Source: Qipengyuania sp. (GTDB taxonomy: Bacteria > Pseudomonadota > Alphaproteobacteria > Sphingomonadales > Sphingomonadaceae). From it: 64,000 nucleotides of DNA. A model generated the notes under the pieces. The model was given only the letters and a program-made list of their open reading frames with translations. It was not told where the DNA came from and did not search any database. Shown piece by piece: positions 27,628-36,849 of this stretch. The translations under genes were made by a program, and so were the position numbers. The stretch is taken from the NCBI RefSeq assembly GCF_048550555.1, contig NZ_JBLYYF010000009.1:19-64018 (forward strand), written 5' to 3'. Numbering within the stretch: the stretch's first letter is position 1; every line of letters begins with the position of its first letter.

Positions 27628-28335
27628 TCAGTCGGCGATGCCGAAGGTTGCTTTCGTCGAGGTACGGAAGGATGTGAATTCCTTGGCGAGATCGACGCTC
27701 TCAGGCGCGACGAGCCATTGGTAGATCGTGCCGAAGATGAAGCTGCAAAATCCGAACGCATAGCTTTGCGCATCGACCGATTTGTCGATCTCCCCACTCG
27801 CCATGCCTTCCTCGACCCAGTGCGCGATGTCGCTACGATAGATCTGGTGATAGGCGGCAAGGTGCCTGCGCACGTCGTTGTGCGAACTGATCGATTCAAA
27901 CCACAATATATACATTGCCTTCATGTAACCGCTATGGCTCGACAGGAACCCTTCGACCGCGCTCAGCGCGGCGAGACAGGCCTGCGCACCGCCCTGTTCG
28001 CCCACCTTGTTGGCGAGTTCGCGCGTCCAGCTCGTGTTGAAATGCAAAACCAGCTGACCGAACAGCGCGTCCTTCGACCCGAAGCGGCTCGACGCCAGCC
28101 CCCGTGAATATCCCGCCCGCTCGCCGACGGATTTGAGGGTGGTCGCGTGCGTTCCCTGTTCGACGATCAGCTGCATCGCCGCATCGAACATGCGCGCATC
28201 GGAAAGCGCGGTGCGTTCCGCCTGCGTCCGGCGCCGGGAGCGCGGCTTCTTGGGTTTCTGTATCGGGTTCGCAACCTGCGATTTCGTCACCTCGCGAAGT
28301 GAAGCCTTTCCCTTTGTTGGCGATGATGCGCTCAT
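27628..28335 (-). CDS. TetR/AcrR family regulator
   Basis: RRTQAER...MFDAAMQLIVEQGTHATTLKSVGERAGYSRGLASSRFGSKDALF HTH. The start may be a later GTG. Confidence 0.9.
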   Translation of the reverse strand: MSASSPTKGKASLREVTKSQVANPIQKPKKPRSRRRTQAERTALSDARMFDAAMQLIVEQGTHATTLKSVGERAGYSRGLASSRFGSKDALFGQLVLHFNTSWTRELANKVGEQGGAQACLAALSAVEGFLSSHSGYMKAMYILWFESISSHNDVRRHLAAYHQIYRSDIAHWVEEGMASGEIDKSVDAQSYAFGFCSFIFGTIYQWLVAPESVDLAKEFTSFRTSTKATFGIAD

Positions 28336-29966
28336 TGGACTTCGTCGATCCTTTCAAACTCTGTGTCGCCGGCCGCAACTGCTTCACGCAGGGCCTGCTT
28401 GTCTATCTTGCCGACGCTGGTCAACGGCAGGGCATCGATATGCGCCCAGTATTCGGGCACCCAGAAATGCGCGATCCGGTCCCGCAACGAACCTCTCAGC
28501 CGGGCGAAATCGGGCCGTGCGCCATCGACGGTAGTCACGATCGCGAGGGGCCGTTCCTCCCAGCGCGGATCGGGCACACCAATCACAGCGGCGAGATCGA
28601 TGCCCGGCAGGCCCGATACATGGTTTTCCAGCTCCGCCGAAGGGATCCACTCGCCACCCGACTTGATGAGATCTTTCAGGCGGTCGGTCACCTGGACGTA
28701 GCCCCGCTCGTCGATCGTCCCGGCATCGCCGGTGTCGAGCCAGCCATCCACCGTCAGGACGTCGTCGCCCACGCCACGGTGATAACCACTTGCGATCCAG
28801 GCGCCCCTCAACTGGAGCCTGCCTACGTCGGCACCGTTCTCGGCGACCAACATGCCATCGTCGTCGACCAGACGGACCTTCACCCCGGGAACCGGACGAC
28901 CGCTTTTGGCGCGCAGCCTGCGCGCTTCGGCCTCCACCACATCGGCGGCAGGCTGAGACAGCACGCACAGGGGGCTCGTTTCGGTCATGCCCCATCCCTG
29001 GATCAAGGGCACGTGCCAAGAGCGTTCAACCTCGGCAATAAGTCTCTCGGACACGGCCGAACCGCCGGCGACGATTGTTCTGAAACTGGTCATGTCGACC
29101 GGATCCTCCGCGTCCGCGCGCAGCAGATCGTTAAGTATGGTCGGGACGGTGGCGGTAAAGGTCGGTGCCGTCACGGCGATCATTTTGCGGATCGCGACGG
29201 GCTGCAGGTGCGGCCCCGGAAGCACGAAATCCGACCCGGCCAACCAACCAGAAAAGGGCAAGCCCCAGGCGTTGGCGTGAAACATCGGCGGCAGCAACAG
29301 GATGGTGTCGCGGTCGCCAAGTCCAAAGGCGTTGGCCGCCATCGATGCCAGGCTGTGAAGGAAGATTGTCCTGTGCGAATACACAACACCTTTGGGATTC
29401 CCCGTCGTTCCCGAGGTGTAGCACACGGCCGCCGCAGCGGTTTCGTCAGGGATCGGGAAATTGACCATGGGGCCGTGGGCTGAGATGAGTTCTTCGTAGC
29501 TCACCCAGGGTTTTGTCAGGCCTTTGGGCGTCGCGGGATTTCCCGTGACGACCACCAGCTTCAGCGCAGACAGCGCATTGACCTGCGCGAGCACATCGCC
29601 GAGCAGGTCGCTATCCGCAATCAGTATCGCATCTTCTGCGTCCGCCATGATGAAGCCGATCTGGTCGGGATGGAGACGAAGGTTGAGCGTGTGCAGGACC
29701 GCACCCATCGCCGGGACTGCGAGATAGGCCTCGAAATGGGCGAAGTCGTTCCAGCTCAGCGTCGCGACCCGCGTATTGTTTGCTACCCCGACGGCGCGAA
29801 GCGCGGTCGCCAGGCGGCGCGCCCGTTCGGCCGTCTGCGCGTAGGTTTGCCACGTCATGTCTTCGCCGTCGAAACAGCCTATCCGTTTCGTCGCGTGGAT
29901 GCGTTCACCGTGCTCGAAAATGGCGGCCGTTCCCAGCGGCTCGTGCATCATGGTCGCCTCCATCAC
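28332..29966 (-). CDS. acyl-CoA synthetase (AlkK/LvaE/DmdB-type)
   Basis: CYTSGTTGNPKGVVYSHR, PMFHANAWGLP, QGWGMTETSP, DRLKDLIKSGGEWI. Confidence 0.92.
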   Translation of the reverse strand: MMEATMMHEPLGTAAIFEHGERIHATKRIGCFDGEDMTWQTYAQTAERARRLATALRAVGVANNTRVATLSWNDFAHFEAYLAVPAMGAVLHTLNLRLHPDQIGFIMADAEDAILIADSDLLGDVLAQVNALSALKLVVVTGNPATPKGLTKPWVSYEELISAHGPMVNFPIPDETAAAAVCYTSGTTGNPKGVVYSHRTIFLHSLASMAANAFGLGDRDTILLLPPMFHANAWGLPFSGWLAGSDFVLPGPHLQPVAIRKMIAVTAPTFTATVPTILNDLLRADAEDPVDMTSFRTIVAGGSAVSERLIAEVERSWHVPLIQGWGMTETSPLCVLSQPAADVVEAEARRLRAKSGRPVPGVKVRLVDDDGMLVAENGADVGRLQLRGAWIASGYHRGVGDDVLTVDGWLDTGDAGTIDERGYVQVTDRLKDLIKSGGEWIPSAELENHVSGLPGIDLAAVIGVPDPRWEERPLAIVTTVDGARPDFARLRGSLRDRIAHFWVPEYWAHIDALPLTSVGKIDKQALREAVAAGDTEFERIDEVQ

Positions 29967-30994
29967 GCGAACCCTTCTTCGCGCGCGAACCGCGCGGCTG
30001 CGTCGAGCAGGGAGGGGACATCGTGTTCGAGCGCACGCTCATATTTTCCGTCGACCAAGCCAAGGCGATGGAGCACGTACGCCCCTTCGACGATCGCGGC
30101 GAGGCGCCAGAGCGCGAAGGCCTGGTAGAAGCGAAGGCGGTCGATCGACAGCCCGGTCCGTCGGCTCCATCGCAAGGCGAGACCGTCGCCCCCGATCACC
30201 CCGGCATGGTTGGACATCCTCTGGACGAAGGCAAAGCCCAACGGCTGGCTCTCGTCGCGATTCCACATCGCGGTGACCAGGCCGACATCGACCAGTGGAT
30301 CGGCCAGCGTTGCCATTTCCCAATCGAGGATCGCATTCACGCGCGGTTGCTCCGAAGCCATGAGCACATTGTCGAGATGGTAGTCGCAATGGACGATTCG
30401 CACCGTTTCAGGTGCCGGCGCGTTTTCCGAAAGCCATCCGCCGATGGCTTCGATCAAGGGTAGGTCGCGCGCCTTGCGTTCACGCCGCTCCTCGCGCCAG
30501 CGTTCGACCTGCCGGAGGACGAAGTCGCGCCCCTTATCGATGCTGCCGAGCCCAGCAGACGGCGGATTGATCGCATGGACGCTGGCCAGCGCATCGATAA
30601 GCGCCGCACCGATCGCGTCGCGGCAGGCCGCGGTGTCCGGATAGGTCTTGGGCAGGCGATCGGTTATCGCTTCGCCGTTTACGAAGCGGGTGATGGAGAA
30701 AGGCACGCCGATGAGGTCGAGATCATCGCAAAACAGGACTGGCTCAGCGACCGGGGCCGAGCCTGCGATGGCGGATATGAAGCGGAATTCGCGAGCAATG
30801 CCTGCTCCGGCGAGCTTGGAAATGGTTGCTTGAGGCGGGTGGCGCAAGATCATTGGCCCATTCGCCGTCTCGATCAGGCTGGTGACGTTGGCATTGCCTC
30901 CTGCCACGGGCCGCACCAACCGAGCATCTCCAAGTCCGGCCTCTGTGTCCAGCCAGCGCACGAGGCGCTCGGGCAAATCGACTATAGCTTGCAC
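29963..30994 (-). CDS. APH-family phosphotransferase (LvaA/ACAD10-11 kinase-like)
   Basis: GGNANVT glycine loop, IVHCDYHLDNVL, ILDWEMATLADPLVDVG. Start GTG 30994 is tentative. Confidence 0.88.
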   Translation of the reverse strand: MQAIVDLPERLVRWLDTEAGLGDARLVRPVAGGNANVTSLIETANGPMILRHPPQATISKLAGAGIAREFRFISAIAGSAPVAEPVLFCDDLDLIGVPFSITRFVNGEAITDRLPKTYPDTAACRDAIGAALIDALASVHAINPPSAGLGSIDKGRDFVLRQVERWREERRERKARDLPLIEAIGGWLSENAPAPETVRIVHCDYHLDNVLMASEQPRVNAILDWEMATLADPLVDVGLVTAMWNRDESQPLGFAFVQRMSNHAGVIGGDGLALRWSRRTGLSIDRLRFYQAFALWRLAAIVEGAYVLHRLGLVDGKYERALEHDVPSLLDAAARFAREEGFA

Positions 30995-31716
30995 ATCAGA
31001 CCGCCATCGTTCGCGATTATGGAGCCTGTCATGTAAGTCGAGCCCGCGACCCACCAAACGACTTCCGCCAGTTCTTCGGGCGTGCCTTCGCGTCGAAGGG
31101 GGATTCCGTCGATCAGTTTTGTCTTCGCGCGTTCCGGAATGTTGTCGGTCATATCGGTTGAGATCATCCCCGGAATGACGAGATTTACCCGGATCGCCTG
31201 CCGAGCGAGTTCGATCGCCAGCACCTGGGTCAGTCCGGCCAACCCGGCTTTCGACGCCCCGTATGCGGCATCACCGGCAAACCCCCGCAGGCCAACCACG
31301 GCCCCGATGTTCACGATCGATCCGCCCTTGCCCATGTGCGGCAGAGCGGCGCGCACGAAGTTGAACGGACCGGAAAGGTTCGTATCGAGCACGCGCTGCC
31401 AATCCTCCTGCGGCAGGGCCGACACCAGCCCTCCGCGATGCAGGCCCGCATTGTTGACAAGGACATCGATCCCGCCCCAGCGCTCGGCTACCTGTTTGCA
31501 GACTGCATTGGCCTCTTTCGGATCCGAGACGTCCGCCGCCAAGCCGATGGTGTCGCCATCGATCGAATTGGCGCTCGCCTCGATGTCGTTGCCACGTGAC
31601 ACGAGCGCGACCCGATCGCCGTTGCTGGCAGCCACCTGGGCAATCGCGAGACCCAACCCTCGCGATGCCCCCGTGACGATCCATCTTCGCTGTTCGCTTT
31701 GCGGGCCCGACGCCAT
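30982..31716 (-). CDS. short-chain dehydrogenase/reductase (FabG-like)
   Basis: TGASRGLG, NNAG, YGASK. Confidence 0.92.
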   Translation of the reverse strand: MASGPQSEQRRWIVTGASRGLGLAIAQVAASNGDRVALVSRGNDIEASANSIDGDTIGLAADVSDPKEANAVCKQVAERWGGIDVLVNNAGLHRGGLVSALPQEDWQRVLDTNLSGPFNFVRAALPHMGKGGSIVNIGAVVGLRGFAGDAAYGASKAGLAGLTQVLAIELARQAIRVNLVIPGMISTDMTDNIPERAKTKLIDGIPLRREGTPEELAEVVWWVAGSTYMTGSIIANDGGLMCKL

Positions 31717-31728
31717 TGCGCGATCGTC

Positions 31729-33990
31729 TTAGAACGTCTGGGTCAGAGCGACGCCCCAACTCCGCCGAGGTCGCGGGGCGGCATAGCTCCAGACACCCTG
31801 CACGTCGTAGCCGATGGTCCAGCCGTCCTCGTTCGCGAGGTTCTTGCCGAACAGGCTGAGCGTGGTTTGATTGAACCGGACGTTGACGGAGGCATCGATC
31901 AGGAATTGTCCGTCATTGCGCAGGTTCGGGTTGTTGAGGAAGGTTATTTCGTGCCCGCCAATATAGTGGATATCGCCGGTCACCCAGGCCGTCGCATTCT
32001 GCGCTACTGCCGCCTCATAGGTTCCGCCGATGCTCCAGGTCCATTTCGGGGCGCGACGAATCTTGAGGAATGTTGCGTCCACCGGCGTCCCGGTGCTGAA
32101 GATATCGCCCATGAAGTCCTTGTACTTGGCGTCGAGGTAGCCGAGGTTCCCGCGTATCGTGAGCCCGTCGACCGGGATGGCGGTCAGGTCGAGTTCGACG
32201 CCTTTGAATTCAGCCGAGGAAGCGTTGATCGTACGGTTCTCGCGTCCGGTCGAGGTGCCCGGGGCCGGCACGTCGAGGTCCTGCTGCATGTCGTCGTATT
32301 TCATCAGGAAGACCGCGCCGTTGAGGCGGACCAGCCCGTTCGCGAATTCGGCCTTGAAGCCGGCTTCGTAGTTGTCGAGCGTTTCCGGGTCGTAGGGAAT
32401 GGTCGCCGCACCGATCGTTGCCGGTCGCCCATTGAAGCCGCCGCCGCGATAGCCACGCGACCATAGGGCATAGACCATCGCGTCGTCGGAAAGTTCGTAG
32501 CGCAGTGACACGCGCGGTGTGAATTTCGACCAGCTTTCCCGAACGGGCGCAGCCATCGAAATCGCGCCGGGAAGGGTCGCGACCGGGTCCTCCTCGACCG
32601 TGGTTCCATAAAGCAAGATCGGCAGGTCGTTGACGATGCTCGACTTCTTGTCCTTGGTGTAGCGCGCACCGAGAGTCAGGGTCAGCCGATCGACAAGCTC
32701 GTAGTCGGCCTCACCGTAGAGCGCCCACGACTTGTTGGTCTGTGCAACGTCCTGCGCGCTCGTCAGCAATGGCACGCCGGCGAAGCCGATGTAGTTCTTC
32801 AGGTTGATAGTGTAGCGCGAGTCCCACAGATACGCGCCCAGCACGAAGGTCAAGGGACCGTTACCGCCCTTGGTCAGCCGCAACTCGTTCGTCGTCTGGC
32901 GCCAGCGGGCGGGCCGGTCGGTGTGATAGAGTGTGAACGGGGCCGCATCGAAATCCTGATAGATTTCTTCGTCGGTCTTGAGCCAGCCGAAGATGTAATC
33001 GACCTGCATGTCCGCCCCGATGTCGTAGGTCGCCTTGCCGATCGCCATGTCGAGCTTGAATGTCGCGTTCTTCTGCAGGCGGCCGTCCGAAACGCTGACA
33101 TAGCGGTCGCCCGAAGTTGGCACGCCGGGCGAAGGGGAGCATTGGTCGTAGGCGACGCAGAAGAGGTCCGTGTCGCGGTTGATTGCCAGTAGCTGCGGCG
33201 GATCCTGTCTGGTTTTCTGGTGGTCGTAGCTGAGCAGGATGTCGAGGTTCTCGGTGGGCTCGATCAGCAGAGCGCCCGCGACGGCGTAGAATTCCGAGCG
33301 CTGTCCCGGCTGGTCGTAGAAGCGGTTGTAGATATATCCGTCGGACGCTTCGTAGGCTCCACTCACCTTCAGCGCGATGTTCTCGGATAAGCCGGTGCTG
33401 GCGACGCCTTCTATTTTCCAGGTGTCGAACCTGCCATAGGTCGCGCGCACTTTGCCCGTGAGGTCGTATGTCGGGCGAGAGCGCGCTAGATTGATGACGC
33501 CGCCGGTAGCATTGCGACCGAAGAGCGTCCCCTGCGGGCCCCGCAGGACCTCGACCCGGTCGATGTCGATCGCCTTCAGAAGGCTGCCCGAGCTCTGGCC
33601 GATATAGATGTCGTCGAATACCACGCCGACGGCCGGGTCGACCGATTTCTCGACATCGGCGACGCCGATTCCGCGAATGTAGACCGCTGCCACACCGCCT
33701 GGCCCCTGCTGCGTATCGTCGATCACGATGTTGGGCGAAGAGTCAGCAAAATCCCTGACATCCGAATCGAACCGCTTGTCGAGCTCGCCGGCGGAGAGCG
33801 CACTGATCGATGCGGGCACGTCCTGCATACTTTCTTCGCGCTTGCGCGCGGTCACCACGATGACGTCGAGCCCGCCCGAGGTGGCGGCCTGTTCGCTATC
33901 GGTTTCTTCCTGTGCATGAGCGACCGTGGCGGGGCCGAATGTGGCCGCCGCGATCGCAAGCAGGCTCACGTACGTCGCTTGATTGATCAT
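31729..33990 (-). CDS. TonB-dependent receptor
   Basis: Signal peptide, IVVTARKREESMQDVP, VEVLRGPQGTLFGRNATGG, C-terminal Phe. ATG 33990 with a GGGAGAG RBS. Confidence 0.95.
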   Translation of the reverse strand: MINQATYVSLLAIAAATFGPATVAHAQEETDSEQAATSGGLDVIVVTARKREESMQDVPASISALSAGELDKRFDSDVRDFADSSPNIVIDDTQQGPGGVAAVYIRGIGVADVEKSVDPAVGVVFDDIYIGQSSGSLLKAIDIDRVEVLRGPQGTLFGRNATGGVINLARSRPTYDLTGKVRATYGRFDTWKIEGVASTGLSENIALKVSGAYEASDGYIYNRFYDQPGQRSEFYAVAGALLIEPTENLDILLSYDHQKTRQDPPQLLAINRDTDLFCVAYDQCSPSPGVPTSGDRYVSVSDGRLQKNATFKLDMAIGKATYDIGADMQVDYIFGWLKTDEEIYQDFDAAPFTLYHTDRPARWRQTTNELRLTKGGNGPLTFVLGAYLWDSRYTINLKNYIGFAGVPLLTSAQDVAQTNKSWALYGEADYELVDRLTLTLGARYTKDKKSSIVNDLPILLYGTTVEEDPVATLPGAISMAAPVRESWSKFTPRVSLRYELSDDAMVYALWSRGYRGGGFNGRPATIGAATIPYDPETLDNYEAGFKAEFANGLVRLNGAVFLMKYDDMQQDLDVPAPGTSTGRENRTINASSAEFKGVELDLTAIPVDGLTIRGNLGYLDAKYKDFMGDIFSTGTPVDATFLKIRRAPKWTWSIGGTYEAAVAQNATAWVTGDIHYIGGHEITFLNNPNLRNDGQFLIDASVNVRFNQTTLSLFGKNLANEDGWTIGYDVQGVWSYAAPRPRRSWGVALTQTF

Positions 33991-34084
33991 GGTTCTCTCT
34001 CCCAGCGCTGGGCGCAATTTCTGATCGCGGATGCTATTGCCATTCTCGCGATTTGCGCTGCTACAAGAGCATGACTCACATGCT

Positions 34085-34208
34085 TGCTCTCGACAAGCAA
34101 ATATTTTCGACAAGCGCATATGCCTCTGTTGGAAAATTCTAAGATTTTGACTCCAAACGACTTTATTCTGAATTCCGGTGCAAACACTATTGTTGCTTGT
34201 TCCAAGCT
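34085..34208. promoter_or_regulatory. divergent promoter region with candidate operator dyads
   Basis: TGCTTG-TTC-CAAGCT at 34194-34208 and TGCTCT-CGA-CAAGCA at 34085-34099 in an AT-rich spacer. Confidence 0.45.
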
Positions 34209-34261
34209 ACTAAGTGTGCAAAAAGATTTCAGAGGATAATTCGACGATCGGGAGAGAGTGA

Positions 34262-35014
34262 ATGGCAGGCCGACTTTCGGGAAAGTCGGCGCTTATCTCG
34301 GGTGGCGCGAGCGGCCTGGGCGAAGCGCAGGCGACCTTGTTTGCGCGGGAGGGCGCGACCGTCCTCGTCGGCGACTTGCAGGGCGACAAGGGCAACGCCG
34401 TCGTCGAGACGATCCGCGCCGAGGGGGGTGAGGCAGCCTTCATCCGCCTCGATGTTTCCGATCCGGAAAGCTGGGCAACCGCTGTATCGGATGCGGTCTC
34501 GCGCTTCGGCAAGCTGACAACGCTGGTCAACAATGCCGGCATCTTTCATCCGGGCGGCATTCTCGAGGAAACAAAGGAAGGCTGGGATCGCATGATCGCG
34601 ATCAACCAGACCGGCGTGTTTCTGGGTATGAAGGCGGCGGGCGACGCCCTGCTGCAATCGGGCAATGCGGCGATCGTCAACATCAGCTCACTCTATGGCC
34701 TGATGGGCAGCCCGAATGCCATTTCCTATCACGCATCTAAGGCAGCCGTCCGGTTGATGGGCAAGGCCGGCGCGCTCGAATTCGCCAAGCGCGGCATTCG
34801 CGTGAACACGATTTTTCCGGGTCAGATATTGACCCCGATCCTCGGCGACATCACGCCCGAACAGGATGCCGCCATCAAGGCGTCGATCCCGATGGGGACC
34901 GTAGGCGACCCGATGGATATCGCCTATGCCAGCCTCTACCTTGCGTCGGACGAGGCGAAATACGTCTCGGGTGCCGAGCTGTGGGTCGATGGGGCGTGGT
35001 ACGCCGGGCAATGA
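34262..35014 (+). CDS. short-chain dehydrogenase, LinX-like
   Basis: 250 aa; MAGRLSGKSALISGGASGLG, LTTLVNNAGIFHPGG, YHASK, IPMGTVGDPMDIA, LASDEAKY. Collinear with Sphingobium LinX as recalled. Confidence 0.9.
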   Translation: MAGRLSGKSALISGGASGLGEAQATLFAREGATVLVGDLQGDKGNAVVETIRAEGGEAAFIRLDVSDPESWATAVSDAVSRFGKLTTLVNNAGIFHPGGILEETKEGWDRMIAINQTGVFLGMKAAGDALLQSGNAAIVNISSLYGLMGSPNAISYHASKAAVRLMGKAGALEFAKRGIRVNTIFPGQILTPILGDITPEQDAAIKASIPMGTVGDPMDIAYASLYLASDEAKYVSGAELWVDGAWYAGQ

Positions 35015-35054
35015 ACACGGTGTCGCCATCGCAGCAGATCGTACGGAGCCGCTA

Positions 35055-36350
35055 ATGGGCTGGGACTTTTCGACCGACCCCGAGTTCGAGGAACAGCTCG
35101 AGTGGATGCGCGGTTTCGTCGCCGAGGAAGTCGAACCGCTGGATCTCGTGTTCAGGGATCCCGGTGCGCATGTCGATCCGAAATCTCCCGCCGCCCGCGC
35201 CATGGCACCGCTCAAGGACGAGGTGAAACGGCGCGGGTTGTGGGCCTGCCATCTCGGCCCCGATCTCGGCGGCAAGGGCTTCGGCCAGCTCAAACTCGGC
35301 CTGATGAACGAAATCCTCGGTCGCAGCCGGTTCGCCCCGACCGTGTTCGGGACGCAGGCCCCCGACACCGGCAATGCGGAAATTCTCGCCCGGTTCGGGA
35401 CCCTCGAACAGAAGGCCAAGTATCTCCAGCCACTGCTCGACGGCGAGATCGTGTCGTGCTTTTCGATGACAGAGCCGCAGGCGGGCGCCGACCCGGGCGA
35501 GTTCTCCTGCACGGCGAAGCTCGATGGCGACCAGTGGGTAATCGATGGCGAAAAATGGTTCGCCAGCCACGCCTGTCTCGCCGAATTCCTGATCGTGATG
35601 GCAATCACCGATTCGGCCGTGCCCGTACATCACGGATCCACGATGCTCATCGTTCCGCACGATACACCCGGGCTGGAGATCGTGCGCAACACGGCGGTCG
35701 GGCCGAAGGACGAGATCGGCAGCGGGGTCCACGGCTATCTGCGCTTCACGAATTGCCGGGTGCCGGAGGCCAGCCGCCTAGGTCCGGTGGGGGAAGGCTT
35801 CAAGGTCGCCCAGTCGCGGCTCGGCGGCGGGCGCATCCACCACGCGATGCGCACCGTCGGCATGCTCAACAAGGCGATGGAATACATGACCGAGCGCGTT
35901 GTCAGCCGTACGACCAAGGGCGAGCGGCTGGCCGACAAACAGATGGTTCAGGAGAAGATCGCGGACAGCTACACGCAGATCCTCCAGTTCCGGCTTCACG
36001 TGCTTTACGCAGCCTGGCTGCTCGACCAGGACCGGGCCTATACGCGCAGGGTCCGACGCGAAATCGGCGCAATCAAGGCGGCCATGCCGGGTGTGCTCAA
36101 GGACGTGGTCTATCGGGCGCTGCACCTCCACGGTTCGCTGGGTATGTCGAACGAAACGCCGCTGATGGACATGTGGCAGTACGTTCCCGAAATGGGGATC
36201 GTCGACGGCCCGACCGAAGTGCACAAGGTAGCCGTGGCGAAGGACATCCTACGCGGAGTCGCGCCCGCCGACGGCCCCTTTCCCAGCTATCACGTGCCGA
36301 CCCGCCTGGCGGCGGCACGGCGAAAATTCGCGGATTTCATCGAACACTAG
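35055..36350 (+). CDS. acyl-CoA dehydrogenase family protein (ACAD10/11, LvaC/FadE2-type)
   Basis: GTQAPDTGNAEIL, SCFSMTEP, AQSRLGGGRIHHAMR, DGPTEVHK. Start ATG 35055. Confidence 0.92.
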   Translation: MGWDFSTDPEFEEQLEWMRGFVAEEVEPLDLVFRDPGAHVDPKSPAARAMAPLKDEVKRRGLWACHLGPDLGGKGFGQLKLGLMNEILGRSRFAPTVFGTQAPDTGNAEILARFGTLEQKAKYLQPLLDGEIVSCFSMTEPQAGADPGEFSCTAKLDGDQWVIDGEKWFASHACLAEFLIVMAITDSAVPVHHGSTMLIVPHDTPGLEIVRNTAVGPKDEIGSGVHGYLRFTNCRVPEASRLGPVGEGFKVAQSRLGGGRIHHAMRTVGMLNKAMEYMTERVVSRTTKGERLADKQMVQEKIADSYTQILQFRLHVLYAAWLLDQDRAYTRRVRREIGAIKAAMPGVLKDVVYRALHLHGSLGMSNETPLMDMWQYVPEMGIVDGPTEVHKVAVAKDILRGVAPADGPFPSYHVPTRLAAARRKFADFIEH

Positions 36351-36373
36351 GCTGGAGTGCGTGGGAGCGGAAC

Positions 36374-36841
36374 ATGTCTGACGGTACGGAGTTGGAACAT
36401 CGCCTCGACCGGATCGAGAGCAGGTTCGCGATGCACGAGCTCGTGAGCGACTACTGCCACGGTTTCGACAAGCGCGACTGGGACCGGTTCGCCGCGATCT
36501 GGTGGCCCGACGCGATCTGGGACATCGGCCCGCCTTTCGGCACGTTTCAGGGGATCGAGGAGATCACGGATGTCACCAAGGACATCCTGTGGGACGCCTG
36601 GCTCGCCTCGAGCCATTTCACCACCAATCTGGTCATCACCTTCGATGGCAGGGATGCGGCAAACGGCCTGTGCGACGTCGACTGCATCGGCACTACCTCC
36701 GACAAACAGGCGCAGACCGTCAGTGCGAGCTATTTCGACCGGTTCGAAAGGCGCGGAGGGATCTGGAAAATCGCCACTCGCAAGGTGAAGATGTACCACT
36801 TCAATCCATTGCCTGGCGTCACGCTGACGCCGCCTGCATAG
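36374..36841 (+). CDS. NTF2/SnoaL-fold protein, LinA (gamma-HCH dehydrochlorinase)-like
   Basis: 155 aa from ATG 36374 (GGGAG RBS): LDRIESR, FDKR, IWWPDAIW, ILW...SHFTTNL, NG..DV, FERRGGIWK...R, FNPLPG. Confidence 0.88.
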   Translation: MSDGTELEHRLDRIESRFAMHELVSDYCHGFDKRDWDRFAAIWWPDAIWDIGPPFGTFQGIEEITDVTKDILWDAWLASSHFTTNLVITFDGRDAANGLCDVDCIGTTSDKQAQTVSASYFDRFERRGGIWKIATRKVKMYHFNPLPGVTLTPPA

Positions 36842-36849
36842 GAGCAACT

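Noticed and set aside
35102-36373. N-terminal part of the 579-aa track ORF 35102-36841
   Set aside because: It is an Arg/Gly-rich off-frame shadow of the ACAD gene. The real protein starts at ATG 36374 with its own RBS.
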